Shown here: piece after piece, positions 55,859 to 64,000 of the stretch
How the letters are laid out: each line of letters begins with the position of its first letter
How positions within the stretch are numbered: position 1 is the stretch's first letter
Notes under the pieces: generated by a model
Told to the model about the DNA's origin: nothing
What the model saw: the letters and a program-made list of their open reading frames with translations, nothing else
Databases searched by the model: none
DNA from: Flavobacteriales bacterium
Lineage (GTDB): Bacteria; Bacteroidota; Bacteroidia; Flavobacteriales_D; Sanyastnellaceae
Assembly: GCA_036825655.1 (NCBI GenBank)
Contig: DAISXU010000001.1
Span: 42,331-106,330, forward strand
Direction of reading: 5' to 3'
Length of the DNA: 64,000 nucleotides
Program-made: the position numbers and the translations under genes

Positions 55859-57387
55859 TATAAATCGAATTTAATTCCTTGGGCCAACGGAAGGGTGGTT
55901 CCGTAATTGATGGTATTGGTCTGACGGCGCATGTAGGCTTTCCATGCATCAGATCCAGATTCACGCCCACCACCGGTCTCTTTTTCGCCACCAAATGCAC
56001 CTCCGATTTCTGCACCCGAGGTTCCAATGTTGACGTTTGCAATGCCGCAATCGGATCCTTGGCAAGACAGGAAGAGCTCGGCTTCTCGGACACTGTTGGT
56101 CATGATGGCAGAGGACAGGCCTTGGACAACCCCATTTTGCATAGCAATGGCTTCGGAAAGCTCATTGTACTTCATAACGTACAAGATGGGCGCAAAGGTT
56201 TCGTGTTGAACAATGGTGAGGTCATTGGTGGCTTCTGCAATGGCGGGTTGCACGTAGCACCCGCTTTCATAACCAGGCCCCTCGACAACACCACCCTCTA
56301 CCAAGAAGCGCCCGCCTTGTTCGCGAACGGACTGAAGAGCCGCGAGGTAGGTATTCACAGCGTCACGATCACAAAGTGGACCTACGTGGTTGTTTTCGTC
56401 CAACGGACTGCCAACGCGAAGCTGACCATAGGCAGACACGAGGTGTTGAATGACTTGATCGTAGATGGAGTTGTGGATGATGAGTCGGCGCGTGCTTGTG
56501 CAACGTTGACCGCAAGTTCCGACCGCCCCAAAAACCAGGGCGGGAATGACCATTTTAAGATCTGCTTCAGGTGTGATGATGACAGCGTTGTTCCCCCCTA
56601 ATTCGAGAAGGGACTTACCCAATCGCGCTGCAACGGCAGTGGCCACCGCCTTTCCCATTCGGGTAGATCCTGTTGCGCTCACCAGGCCAACTCGACGGTC
56701 ATTGCTCATGGCTTCTCCAATTGCAGCTCTGCCATTGACTACGCATGACAAACCGGCTGGTAGTTGATTTGCGTCAGCGACCTCGTTCCAAATGTTTTGG
56801 CAGGCGATGGAACAAAGGGCAGATTTTTCCGACGGCTTCCAAATGCAAGCGTCTCCACAAATCCAGGCAAGCGCAGTGTTCCAAGACCATACAGCAACCG
56901 GAAAATTAAAGGCTGAGATGATTCCAACCAATCCAACTGGGTGGTACTGCTCGTACATTCTGTGATAGGGTCGCTCTGAGTGGGTTGTCATGCCATAAAG
57001 CTGACGGCTTTGACCCACTGCAAAATCGCAGATGTCGATCATCTCTTGCACTTCTCCCAAACCTTCTTGGAGGCTTTTTCCCATTTCATAGGACACGAGG
57101 ATTCCAAGTTCTTGCTTGTACCGGCGCAGGGCATCCCCAAATTGTCGGACAATTTCGCCACGCTTCGGCGCGGGTACGACTTGCCATTCTTTTTGGGCTT
57201 TGTCAGCGGCAATCACCGCCCGATCGTACTCCTCGTCTGTGGCTGTGCTGAAGGACGCGATGCGTTTTCCGTCGACGGGCGAGTAAGAATCAATGACTTC
57301 TCCGCTTCCAAATGATTCTTTACCGATCATGACGCCAGCGTTGTGATCGGAAATGCCTAATGTGGATAAAACCTGTTGAATGTCCAT
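55858..57387 (-). CDS. ALDH7-type aldehyde dehydrogenase (piperideine-6-carboxylate / aminoadipate-semialdehyde dehydrogenase-like)
   Basis: EMGKSLQEGLGEVQEMIDICDFAVGQSRQLYG is the antiquitin-family hallmark. The catalytic region ELGGNN and the Cys region GTCGQRCTS are present. Confidence 0.92.
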   Translation of the reverse strand: MDIQQVLSTLGISDHNAGVMIGKESFGSGEVIDSYSPVDGKRIASFSTATDEEYDRAVIAADKAQKEWQVVPAPKRGEIVRQFGDALRRYKQELGILVSYEMGKSLQEGLGEVQEMIDICDFAVGQSRQLYGMTTHSERPYHRMYEQYHPVGLVGIISAFNFPVAVWSWNTALAWICGDACIWKPSEKSALCSIACQNIWNEVADANQLPAGLSCVVNGRAAIGEAMSNDRRVGLVSATGSTRMGKAVATAVAARLGKSLLELGGNNAVIITPEADLKMVIPALVFGAVGTCGQRCTSTRRLIIHNSIYDQVIQHLVSAYGQLRVGSPLDENNHVGPLCDRDAVNTYLAALQSVREQGGRFLVEGGVVEGPGYESGCYVQPAIAEATNDLTIVQHETFAPILYVMKYNELSEAIAMQNGVVQGLSSAIMTNSVREAELFLSCQGSDCGIANVNIGTSGAEIGGAFGGEKETGGGRESGSDAWKAYMRRQTNTINYGTTLPLAQGIKFDL

Positions 57388-57401
57388 GTGGATTTTTTTG
57401 G

Positions 57402-57409
57402 CAAAGGTA
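57402..57409 (-). promoter_or_regulatory. candidate -7 box (TACCTTTG) for the aldehyde dehydrogenase gene
   Basis: The minus strand reads TACCTTTG, matching TAnnTTTG, 14 nt upstream of the ATG at 57387. I found no convincing -33 element. Confidence 0.3.
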
Positions 57410-57579
57410 GGGGTTGACTCACCGATGGCTGTTTATGAGACTCACCGGTGTTAAACCACTATAAATCAGTTGTTTACGAAATTCTATCATCGTCATGTGG
57501 TCGAACCACTACCTTGCACACGGGTAGTTATTTCCTTCAACCCACCCCTAATCTATCTCAAGGAGCGCTTAGGTGTTAT

Positions 57580-57593
57580 GTTTCACGTGGAAC
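57580..57593. repeat. palindrome copy 1 (GTTTCACGTGGAAC, one mismatch), 1 nt downstream of the mnmG stop
   Basis: Read directly. The mnmG stop codon occupies 57595-57597. Confidence 0.9.
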
Positions 57594-57594
57594 A

Positions 57595-59457
57595 TCACCG
57601 CCCAAACCGAACTACGAGCACAGCGAGGTCTGATTGCGACACTCCTGAAATCCTACTGGCCTGTCCCAAATTTTTGGGTTGTTGTTGAGTAAGTTTTTCA
57701 CGCGACTCTGCACTGAGTGATTGGAGTGTCTGAAAATCGAATCCGGATGGAATGACTAAATGCTCAAGCTTTTTCATCTTAAGCGCCATTTCCCTCTCTT
57801 TTTCAATGTAGCCTGAGTATTTGATGGCGATGCTCGTGGACTCTATTACGTCTTGTGCTTGTTGCTCGATCAGGGGGTCTAGTTCAAGCAAGGTCAGCAG
57901 GTCCTTAAGGTCTACTTGAGGCCTAGCAGCGATGCTGTGTGCTTTTTGTTTTTGCTTAATCGGCTCAGAGTTGTTCTCAGCCAAGTAGTCGTTTATGAAT
58001 GTGGGAGAGACAGAGGTTTTTTCCAGAGTACGGTGAAGTTTCTTGATGGCGTCCCGCTTGGTTTCGTATCGCTTGAGCCTTTGATCGGAAGCCAATCCCA
58101 TAGCGTGAGAAAGGGGAGTAAGTCGTTCATCGGCGTTGTCTTGCCTGAGTAGTATTCGGTATTCTGCCCGGCTGGTGAACATGCGATAGGGCTCTTTTGT
58201 GCCCTTGGTTACGAGGTCATCAATCAGCACACCAATGTAGGCCTGGTCCCTTCCCAATATGAGGGGCTCCATGTTCCACGTGGAACGGGCTGCATTGATT
58301 CCGGCAATGAGCCCTTGCGAACCAGCTTCCTCATAGCCGGTGGTTCCGTTGATTTGACCCGCGAAATACAAGCCTTGGATGTTTTTCGTTTCCAGGCTGT
58401 GGTGCAATTGGGTGGGGTGAAAGAAGTCGTATTCTACAGCATATCCAGGCCTAAAAAACTTCACGTTTTCAAATCCAGGAACGGATCTCAATGCACGCAC
58501 CTGCACCTCTTCAGGCAAGGACGTTGAAAAACCATTAACGTAAACCTCTACGGTATTCCATCCCTCAGGCTCCACAAAGAGCTGGTGGGAATCTTTGTCG
58601 GCGAAGCGATCTATTTTATCCTCGATGCTGGGGCAGTACCTTGGCCCTAAGCCCTGGATTCGTCCATTGAACATGGGTGAACGATCGAATCCGGTTCTTA
58701 GCAATTCGTGAACCTCGGTGTTGGTGTAGGTGATGTGGCAGCTTCGTTGCTTTGTCAGCGGAGGGGTGTCGAGGTAGCTGAAGCGTTTTGGATCTGCATC
58801 TCCCAACTGCTCTTCCATGATGGCGTAATTGAGGCTTCGTCCATCGACCCGAGGCGGGGTTCCGGTTTTCATGCGATCGCTGGTGAAGCCAAGGCTCACC
58901 AATTGTTCCGTGATGCCCGTGGCTGCTTTTTCACCGCTTCGTCCCCCTCCAAATGATTTTTCTCCAATGTGCATGAGCGCATTCAGGAAGGTGCCTGCTG
59001 TAAGCACAACGGATTTTGCGTGAATGGTGTGGCCCATGCCCGTGGTGACACCAACCACCCGATCCCCAGTAATGACGAGGCCGTTAACCATGTCTTGGAG
59101 AAAGTCCAGTTGTGGGATTTGTTCCAACTTCATTCGCCAGGAATTGGCGAATAACATGCGGTCATTCTGTGTTCTTGGGCTCCACATGGCAGGTCCTTTG
59201 GACTTGTTAAGCATGCGGAACTGAATGGCGCTTTCGTCGCTGACAATGCCAGAATAGCCCCCAAGAGCATCAATTTCTCTGATGATTTGACCTTTGGCAA
59301 TGCCCCCCATGGCTGGGTTACACGACATCTGGCCGATAACGCCCATGTTCATTGTAATCAGCAGGGTGTGCGCCCCAAGATTGGCTGCTGATGCAGCGGC
59401 CTCGTTGCCAGCATGACCAGCACCAACCACTACGACGTCATAGGTAGGGTGAATCAT
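57595..59457 (-). CDS. mnmG: tRNA uridine-5-carboxymethylaminomethyl(34) synthesis enzyme MnmG (GidA)
   Basis: It has the FAD motif YDVVVVGAGHAGNEAA and full-length MnmG similarity. The ATG at 59457 overlaps the ybeY stop (ATGA). Confidence 0.97.
   Translation of the reverse strand: MIHPTYDVVVVGAGHAGNEAAASAANLGAHTLLITMNMGVIGQMSCNPAMGGIAKGQIIREIDALGGYSGIVSDESAIQFRMLNKSKGPAMWSPRTQNDRMLFANSWRMKLEQIPQLDFLQDMVNGLVITGDRVVGVTTGMGHTIHAKSVVLTAGTFLNALMHIGEKSFGGGRSGEKAATGITEQLVSLGFTSDRMKTGTPPRVDGRSLNYAIMEEQLGDADPKRFSYLDTPPLTKQRSCHITYTNTEVHELLRTGFDRSPMFNGRIQGLGPRYCPSIEDKIDRFADKDSHQLFVEPEGWNTVEVYVNGFSTSLPEEVQVRALRSVPGFENVKFFRPGYAVEYDFFHPTQLHHSLETKNIQGLYFAGQINGTTGYEEAGSQGLIAGINAARSTWNMEPLILGRDQAYIGVLIDDLVTKGTKEPYRMFTSRAEYRILLRQDNADERLTPLSHAMGLASDQRLKRYETKRDAIKKLHRTLEKTSVSPTFINDYLAENNSEPIKQKQKAHSIAARPQVDLKDLLTLLELDPLIEQQAQDVIESTSIAIKYSGYIEKEREMALKMKKLEHLVIPSGFDFQTLQSLSAESREKLTQQQPKNLGQASRISGVSQSDLAVLVVRFGR
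58273..58286. repeat. palindrome copy 2 (GTTCCACGTGGAAC, perfect), inside mnmG
   Basis: Read directly. It encodes ...STWNM... in a poorly conserved stretch of MnmG. Confidence 0.9.
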
Positions 59458-59888
59458 GACTGTTCCACGTGGAACTTGTTCAACCACCGGTCTTCTTGTC
59501 TTCGCATTTCCTTTGCTTCGTCCTGGGTTTTATCTCCAAAACCACAAAGATGCAAAACACCGTGGGCACAGACGCGCCTCATTTCGTGGCTTGTGCTTAC
59601 TTCATGGATTTTAGCGTTTTCCTTAACTCGATCTACCGATATGAAGAGATCTCCAGAAACAATGTCATCAACACGGTAATCGAAGGTGATGATGTCCGTG
59701 TAGTAATGGTGATCGAGGGACTCCATGTTGATTTGCAAGAGGTGCTCGTCCGAGCACAGAACAACAGCGATTTCGCCAATCCGAAACCCTTGACCTTCAA
59801 TGATTTGCTGAAGCCACGCCCTCGTTTTGCGTATTTCTCTGAGCCGGTAATTGAGGTCCACTTTGTGGAACGTGATGCTTGTGCTCAT
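59454..59888 (-). CDS. ybeY: rRNA maturation endoribonuclease YbeY
   Basis: It has the zinc motif HGVLHLCGFGD and a typical length of 144 aa. Confidence 0.93.
   Translation of the reverse strand: MSTSITFHKVDLNYRLREIRKTRAWLQQIIEGQGFRIGEIAVVLCSDEHLLQINMESLDHHYYTDIITFDYRVDDIVSGDLFISVDRVKENAKIHEVSTSHEMRRVCAHGVLHLCGFGDKTQDEAKEMRRQEDRWLNKFHVEQS
59462..59475. repeat. palindrome copy 3 (GTTCCACGTGGAAC, perfect), 4 nt upstream of the mnmG ATG and inside the ybeY 3' end
   Basis: Read directly. It encodes ...KFHVEQ... in the last codons of ybeY. Confidence 0.9.
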
Positions 59889-59909
59889 GCAAATTTTAGC
59901 ACAGGAGGC

Positions 59910-60323
59910 TTAAAGGTAAACGTCCTTGAATAGCAACTCTACAATCCTTCCCTCGTCAGAAAAGGTGCATTCATCAGACAGCTGGCGCATCAAGAATACA
60001 CCTCGTCCGTTTGGTTTCTCAAGGTTTTCGTCCGCCGTTGGGTCTGGCACGTTCTCGAAATCAAATCCTGCACCAGCATCAGTTACCCGGAAGTAGAGGT
60101 TCTTTTCTTGCGTTTCGTACTCCACGACCACTTCCTTTTCTGGGTGCATCCGATTGCCATGTACTATGGCGTTATTGACTGCCTCAGTCATGGCAATGAG
60201 CACGTCGCCGTAGCATTCGTCGTTGAATGATCCCACATCACGCAGGTCGTCAATCAGGCGTTCGACAATCGAGAGGTTGTCAGGGGTGGATGGAAAACGC
60301 ATTTCCTGCATGGTCTGAATCAT
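59910..60323 (-). CDS. RsbW/SpoIIAB-like ATP-binding protein (anti-sigma-factor type Ser/Thr kinase, HATPase_c_2)
   Basis: 137 aa with an N-box-like motif (MTEAVNNAIVHGN) and G-box-like motifs (DAGAGFD, GRGVFLM). Its ATG overlaps the upstream stop (ATGA at 60320-60323). Confidence 0.8.
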   Translation of the reverse strand: MIQTMQEMRFPSTPDNLSIVERLIDDLRDVGSFNDECYGDVLIAMTEAVNNAIVHGNRMHPEKEVVVEYETQEKNLYFRVTDAGAGFDFENVPDPTADENLEKPNGRGVFLMRQLSDECTFSDEGRIVELLFKDVYL

Positions 60324-63300
60324 GGGTGCTGTGGTTCTTCGGGACCGAGGTCTAAATTATTGAAATATTCGTTGACCCGTTCTCGGTAGTAGGGTAATAA
60401 TTCAGGTGGGATTGTTTGCAACAATTCAGTCTCTTTTTCCTTAAACTTCAGATAATCAATTAGTTGTGGTGTTTCTGGAATTCGATCATCTCGTCCTGCA
60501 CGTGATTTTCGCTGTTCGTCTTCTCCTCGCATGCGCTCAGCGTTCTCGGCTTCGAGGAGCCGAACCATCAAGTCTTGTTGCCGCATGATGGACTCTGCAT
60601 TGAGGTTTCGATTCACCAGGTCTCGCTCCATCTCCTCCATCTCAGCAGCAATGGACTTCATTCCGTTGCCATTTCCACTCCCATCTTCATTCAATTCAGC
60701 AGCTTTCTTTTCAGCCATTTGACGAAGGGCAGATTGCTGTGCGGCGAGTTCTGCTAGTTCCTTGCTCAATTGCCTTCCCCCTTGGCCGCCCGCCTTGCCC
60801 ATTTCTCCCTTCATCCGTTCCAGTTTTTCACCGAGGGCCTTCTGCATTTTTTTCATGTCTCCAGCACTGGGCGAAGAGGATGGTGCGCCATTCCCGCCGG
60901 GTTTTTGGCAGTTTCCAGAACCGGGTTGCCCCTCTGCCATTTGTTGTTGCATCGCACGCAGCGCTTCATCCAACATCAAAGCGAGGTTGTTGAAGCTGGT
61001 CATGACGTATTGCTGCTGTTCCGTGATGACAGCGGTTTGGCGATCACCAAATTGACCCAGCGCCTTGTCCATGTGGTGTTTGACCAGTCCGATTTCATGG
61101 TTGACCGTTGAGGCCAATACAGTGATGCGCTTGCTCAAAGCCAAAAGGCTGTCTTCTACCATCCGGGCATCCGACTGAAGCCGTTGCTGCGTTTGGCCAT
61201 GATCCACGTAGGCGGGATCATCTGCAGCAGTTCCGCGCACAAGTTCCATCACCTCTTCTTGGTCAAACGAAAGCGTGATGATGTTCTCTAAAAGTGCCCG
61301 GAGTGCATCCATGTCTTCTTCAAGGGATTCCTCCTGGCTTTGCTGCATCATTTGATCCATTTGCTGGGCCATTTGCTGCATTTGTTCTCCAGCACTGTTT
61401 TGTTTTTCAGACGCCTTTTTGGATTTCTCTTTTTCGAGTTGATCCGAGCTTTCCTGCATCGATTCTTGGATGGACTGCTCTTCTGTTTCTGTGTCGAGCA
61501 TGGGGTTGGGGGACTCGAGGGACTCGTTCTTTTCTTCCAGCTCGTTTAAACGTTCCATAAGTTCCTCAAACGCTACGTTGAGGCTGTCCTGTTTTTCTTT
61601 GATTTCTTCGTTGGGGAGGGACTCTTGTTCCGTTTGTTCGGCCAAATCCAATTGCTGTTCGGCTAGTTCTTCCAGGTCTTGCATGACCTCTTCCATCCCC
61701 ACTTCCCACTCCATTTGTTTGAACTGTTCTAATGCTCGATCCAGTTCCTTCTCTAACGACTCTTGATCCACCTGCATGGACTCAAGTTGCTCCTGGATTT
61801 CTTCCAAATCTGGATTCATTTCCTCCAGAAGCTTCTGCATCTCAGCGTACAATTCCCTCAACTCGTCATTCATGACTTCATCGAGCAGTTGTTGCAGTTG
61901 TTCTTGCTTTTGGAGAATTCGTTCCTCGGTTTCTGAGAATTCACTTGACCGCTGGTCTTTGCGCTCGTTGGCCTGCTTCAGGTTTTCGATTTGTTCTCGA
62001 AGTTGCTCCTGCTCCTTTAAGAACGCCTCCAGCGCACGCTTGTCTTGGTAATCGAATGTTTCATCTTCCCTCAGGCGCTCCTTCAATTCTTCCATTTCTC
62101 GGCTGAGGTTTTGAGCCTCTTCCAAAGCGGATTCAATCTGATTTTCAATCGCGCTGCTTTCCTCTTCACGCTCTTCCCGGAGTTCTTCGGAGGTCGGCGG
62201 AGCGAATGTTCTTGTGGTGCTTCGGCTGGATTTGGCGCCATGAACGCCATCGTTGTCCCAAACCTCGAAATAGTATTCGACCACGTCGCCTTGAACTACA
62301 CCCAATTCACCCCAGTCAATGGTGTGGAAAAAGGCATCAGATCGACCCGTTGGGCGAGCCAATTCGATGGTTTGCTCGGCTTGATTTTCTATCCATTTCA
62401 CACGGAGAGCCAACCGCGAAAAGCCATAATCATCCCGCAACTCTCCCGAACAATAAACAAGTTTTCTCGAGCTGCTATCGGCAGCCTCGCTTACCCGAAT
62501 GGTGGGCCTTCCATCTGGAATTACTTGCACGGCGTATTTCAGGGAATCCGGAGCACCAAGGGCAGCGTTGGAGGGAATGATCCAATACGTTTGGCTCTGC
62601 ATCGCGGTGTGAGACGCAGTCCTTCTACCCCCCGTTGTGAGCTGGTTTTCTATGACTTCATTACCAAATCGTAGCTGGATTTCATCAGCGTCAAGTGGGG
62701 TCAATGTCCACTTCAATCGCGTTCCCTCAGGGACCACTAGGTCGCCGACGTTTTCTTGTTGAATGATTCCACGCCCAGTGTAACGCGGTGTTTCTGCTTG
62801 CAAGGTAAAACCACCCAGCGCGGGGACCGGTAGGGCCCTTAAGTTGAATTCTTCAGACCGCCACCTCCCAGAGACAAATCGAAAGGAGAAATTTTCACGA
62901 ACCACTGGAAAACGGTAGGTGAACCCCCCATCTGTCGCGGTGGGTTGCATGCGGTAACGGCCAGATTCAGTTTCCAAGTGAACCAATGCGGGAATTTGTT
63001 CCCCCACTGTTTTCACCTCAACCGTGAACGAGCTGTTTTTTGCGCACGACAAGTCTTCGTTGATCAGCTCAAAGGAAAAGGGTGGGGGGGCAATGAACTC
63101 CTGGCGGTGCGAAATGAGTCGCTCTGTAGGTTCGGTCACCCAGCTGGGCTTCCAAAGACCAACAATCAAAAGCACAACCAAAGGGGGCATCGCATATTTC
63201 AGGTACCTCGCATTTTCCTTCAAGTTGATTGCGGCCACAAAAGGAATGGGCCGCAGCGTTTCCGTCCGCTGATCAATGCTGGCAAGGAGCAGTTCTTTGG

Positions 63301-63676
63301 ATCCATTGGAAGCGCTCTTTTTCGCATCGCGTTGCAGTTGAAGGGTGTTGAGGAGTCGGTCTGCAATCTCGGGAAAATGGTCGCCTACAATTTTTCCTGC
63401 ATCATCATGCGACAACCCCCCTGCAAGTTGGGCCCACTGCAGACCGGGCCAAAGAACACCCCTCAAAAAAGTTCCCCCGCTTGCCAACACAAACACCCAA
63501 AATAGAACCGTCCTTCCCCCAACACCAAATTGACCCAAGGATTCAATTCCGGCGACCACAATGAATCCCAACCCAGCGACAGAAAGCGTGATCAACAAAC
63601 CACGGATGACCTGATTCCGGTAGTACTTGCGGATGAAAGCATCCAGCTTGTCTATGAGGATATTTGCCTGAGCCAT
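60320..63676 (-). CDS. DUF4175-like large membrane-anchored coiled-coil protein
   Basis: 1118 aa. The N-terminus (KLDAFIRKYYRNQVIRGLLITL...) carries two TM helices, followed by a beta-rich middle. A region of more than 400 aa is E/Q/K/M-rich predicted coiled coil. The family name is recalled, not verified. Confidence 0.8.
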   Translation of the reverse strand: MAQANILIDKLDAFIRKYYRNQVIRGLLITLSVAGLGFIVVAGIESLGQFGVGGRTVLFWVFVLASGGTFLRGVLWPGLQWAQLAGGLSHDDAGKIVGDHFPEIADRLLNTLQLQRDAKKSASNGSKELLLASIDQRTETLRPIPFVAAINLKENARYLKYAMPPLVVLLIVGLWKPSWVTEPTERLISHRQEFIAPPPFSFELINEDLSCAKNSSFTVEVKTVGEQIPALVHLETESGRYRMQPTATDGGFTYRFPVVRENFSFRFVSGRWRSEEFNLRALPVPALGGFTLQAETPRYTGRGIIQQENVGDLVVPEGTRLKWTLTPLDADEIQLRFGNEVIENQLTTGGRRTASHTAMQSQTYWIIPSNAALGAPDSLKYAVQVIPDGRPTIRVSEAADSSSRKLVYCSGELRDDYGFSRLALRVKWIENQAEQTIELARPTGRSDAFFHTIDWGELGVVQGDVVEYYFEVWDNDGVHGAKSSRSTTRTFAPPTSEELREEREEESSAIENQIESALEEAQNLSREMEELKERLREDETFDYQDKRALEAFLKEQEQLREQIENLKQANERKDQRSSEFSETEERILQKQEQLQQLLDEVMNDELRELYAEMQKLLEEMNPDLEEIQEQLESMQVDQESLEKELDRALEQFKQMEWEVGMEEVMQDLEELAEQQLDLAEQTEQESLPNEEIKEKQDSLNVAFEELMERLNELEEKNESLESPNPMLDTETEEQSIQESMQESSDQLEKEKSKKASEKQNSAGEQMQQMAQQMDQMMQQSQEESLEEDMDALRALLENIITLSFDQEEVMELVRGTAADDPAYVDHGQTQQRLQSDARMVEDSLLALSKRITVLASTVNHEIGLVKHHMDKALGQFGDRQTAVITEQQQYVMTSFNNLALMLDEALRAMQQQMAEGQPGSGNCQKPGGNGAPSSSPSAGDMKKMQKALGEKLERMKGEMGKAGGQGGRQLSKELAELAAQQSALRQMAEKKAAELNEDGSGNGNGMKSIAAEMEEMERDLVNRNLNAESIMRQQDLMVRLLEAENAERMRGEDEQRKSRAGRDDRIPETPQLIDYLKFKEKETELLQTIPPELLPYYRERVNEYFNNLDLGPEEPQHP

Positions 63677-63787
63677 GGATTACGAAGTTACGGAGAAGCC
63701 AGCCCGAGGTTGCACGAAGTGATGGAAGGATAATTCCCCACCTTGTACTTCTTTAACGCCGAATGGGTAATTTCGCGCTTCTGACCC

Positions 63788-64000
63788 ATGAATGAATTGA
63801 CAATGAACCGACTTAACGATTTGATATTCAGCCTTAAGTCGCTAATGCTGCTTGCAGTCATTGGCACCACACAGCTTGCATACGGACAATTGGTCATCAA
63901 CGAAGTTGATGCGGAAATGGCAGGCATAGACACCAAGGAATTTGTTGAGCTCCATGGCCCGGCGAACCTCTCGTTGAATGGGTTTTCATTGGTGTTCATC
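63788..64000 (+). CDS. 5' end of a secreted protein with a lamin-tail-domain (LTD)-like start, cut by the window edge
   Basis: My manual translation gives MNELTMNRLNDLIFSLKSLMLLAVIGTTQLAYGQLVINEVDAEMAGIDTKEFVELHGPANLSLNGFSLVFI. This is a signal peptide followed by the LVINEV...EFVEL motif typical of LTD proteins. The frame stays open to the window end. Confidence 0.55.
   Translation, partial: MNELTMNRLNDLIFSLKSLMLLAVIGTTQLAYGQLVINEVDAEMAGIDTKEFVELHGPANLSLNGFSLVFI

Noticed and set aside
55879-56601. Plus-strand 240-aa ORF inside the aldehyde dehydrogenase gene
   Set aside because: It is an antisense shadow. The minus-strand frame has diagnostic ALDH7 motifs.
57416-57447. 9-bp direct repeat GACTCACCG x2 (57416-57424 and 57439-57447) upstream of the aldehyde dehydrogenase promoter
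   Set aside because: A rough expectation is that several 9-mer repeats at spacing under 30 nt occur by chance in 64 kb. There is no supporting symmetry or third copy, so it is not reported as a finding.
60531-63505. About a dozen plus-strand ORFs of 60-209 aa, many Ser/Cys/Phe-rich, overlapping the DUF4175-like gene
   Set aside because: They are antisense shadows of a long E/Q/K-rich coiled-coil coding region. They are low-complexity with no motifs, whereas the minus-strand frame is continuous for 1118 codons.
63688-63999. Minus-strand 103-aa ORF at the window end
   Set aside because: The plus strand here encodes a signal peptide plus an LTD-like motif (LVINEV...EFVEL). The minus-strand ORF has no features and would crowd the DUF4175 promoter region.
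1-64000. CRISPR arrays, rRNA genes, IS elements, prophage or known defence systems
   Set aside because: I found no regularly spaced repeats, no rRNA-like conserved stretches and no transposase, integrase, phage or defence-type ORFs in any frame on reading through the window.

Overview
The window is a densely packed chromosomal segment, about 60 CDS plus one tRNA. It is most consistent with a Bacteroidota (Flavobacteriia-like) genome. Supporting signs are SusC/SusD genes, T9SS C-terminal sorting domains, TAnnTTTG-type -7 promoter boxes, DUF4270/DUF4296/DUF4175-type genes, and an atp operon lacking atpDC.

Most of the content is housekeeping:
- rluB, pyrC, uvrC, asnB, thiL, tatA, panC, glmS
- the F0F1 ATP synthase operon atpBEFHAG, preceded by bactofilin and AtpZ genes
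- tRNA-Asn(GUU), and the ybeY-mnmG pair

I saw no rRNA, CRISPR array, transposase, integrase or recognisable defence system.

The most unusual observations, all from reading the sequence:
1. A perfect 14-bp palindrome, GTTCCACGTGGAAC, occurs twice, plus one 1-mismatch copy. The copies sit immediately before the start of mnmG, inside it, and immediately after its stop.
2. There is an in-frame RpiB::M28-peptidase fusion ORF. The peptidase signal peptide, a possible internal GTG start and an AGGAGG box all lie at the junction.
3. A G7 homopolymer lies exactly where two overlapping ORFs of a putative outer-membrane protein change frame. This could be phase variation, a pseudogene or a sequencing error.
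4. The block after tRNA-Asn appears to have lower GC. It carries a MORN-repeat / multi-PAS kinase / LytTR regulator operon. That operon is preceded by a 502-bp C-poor intergenic region containing three AATGAGTT direct repeats, two of them 21 bp apart.
5. A DUF4175 giant coiled-coil membrane protein is translationally coupled to an orphan RsbW-like kinase.

None of this amounts to a clearly novel system. Each item is listed with a way to test it.
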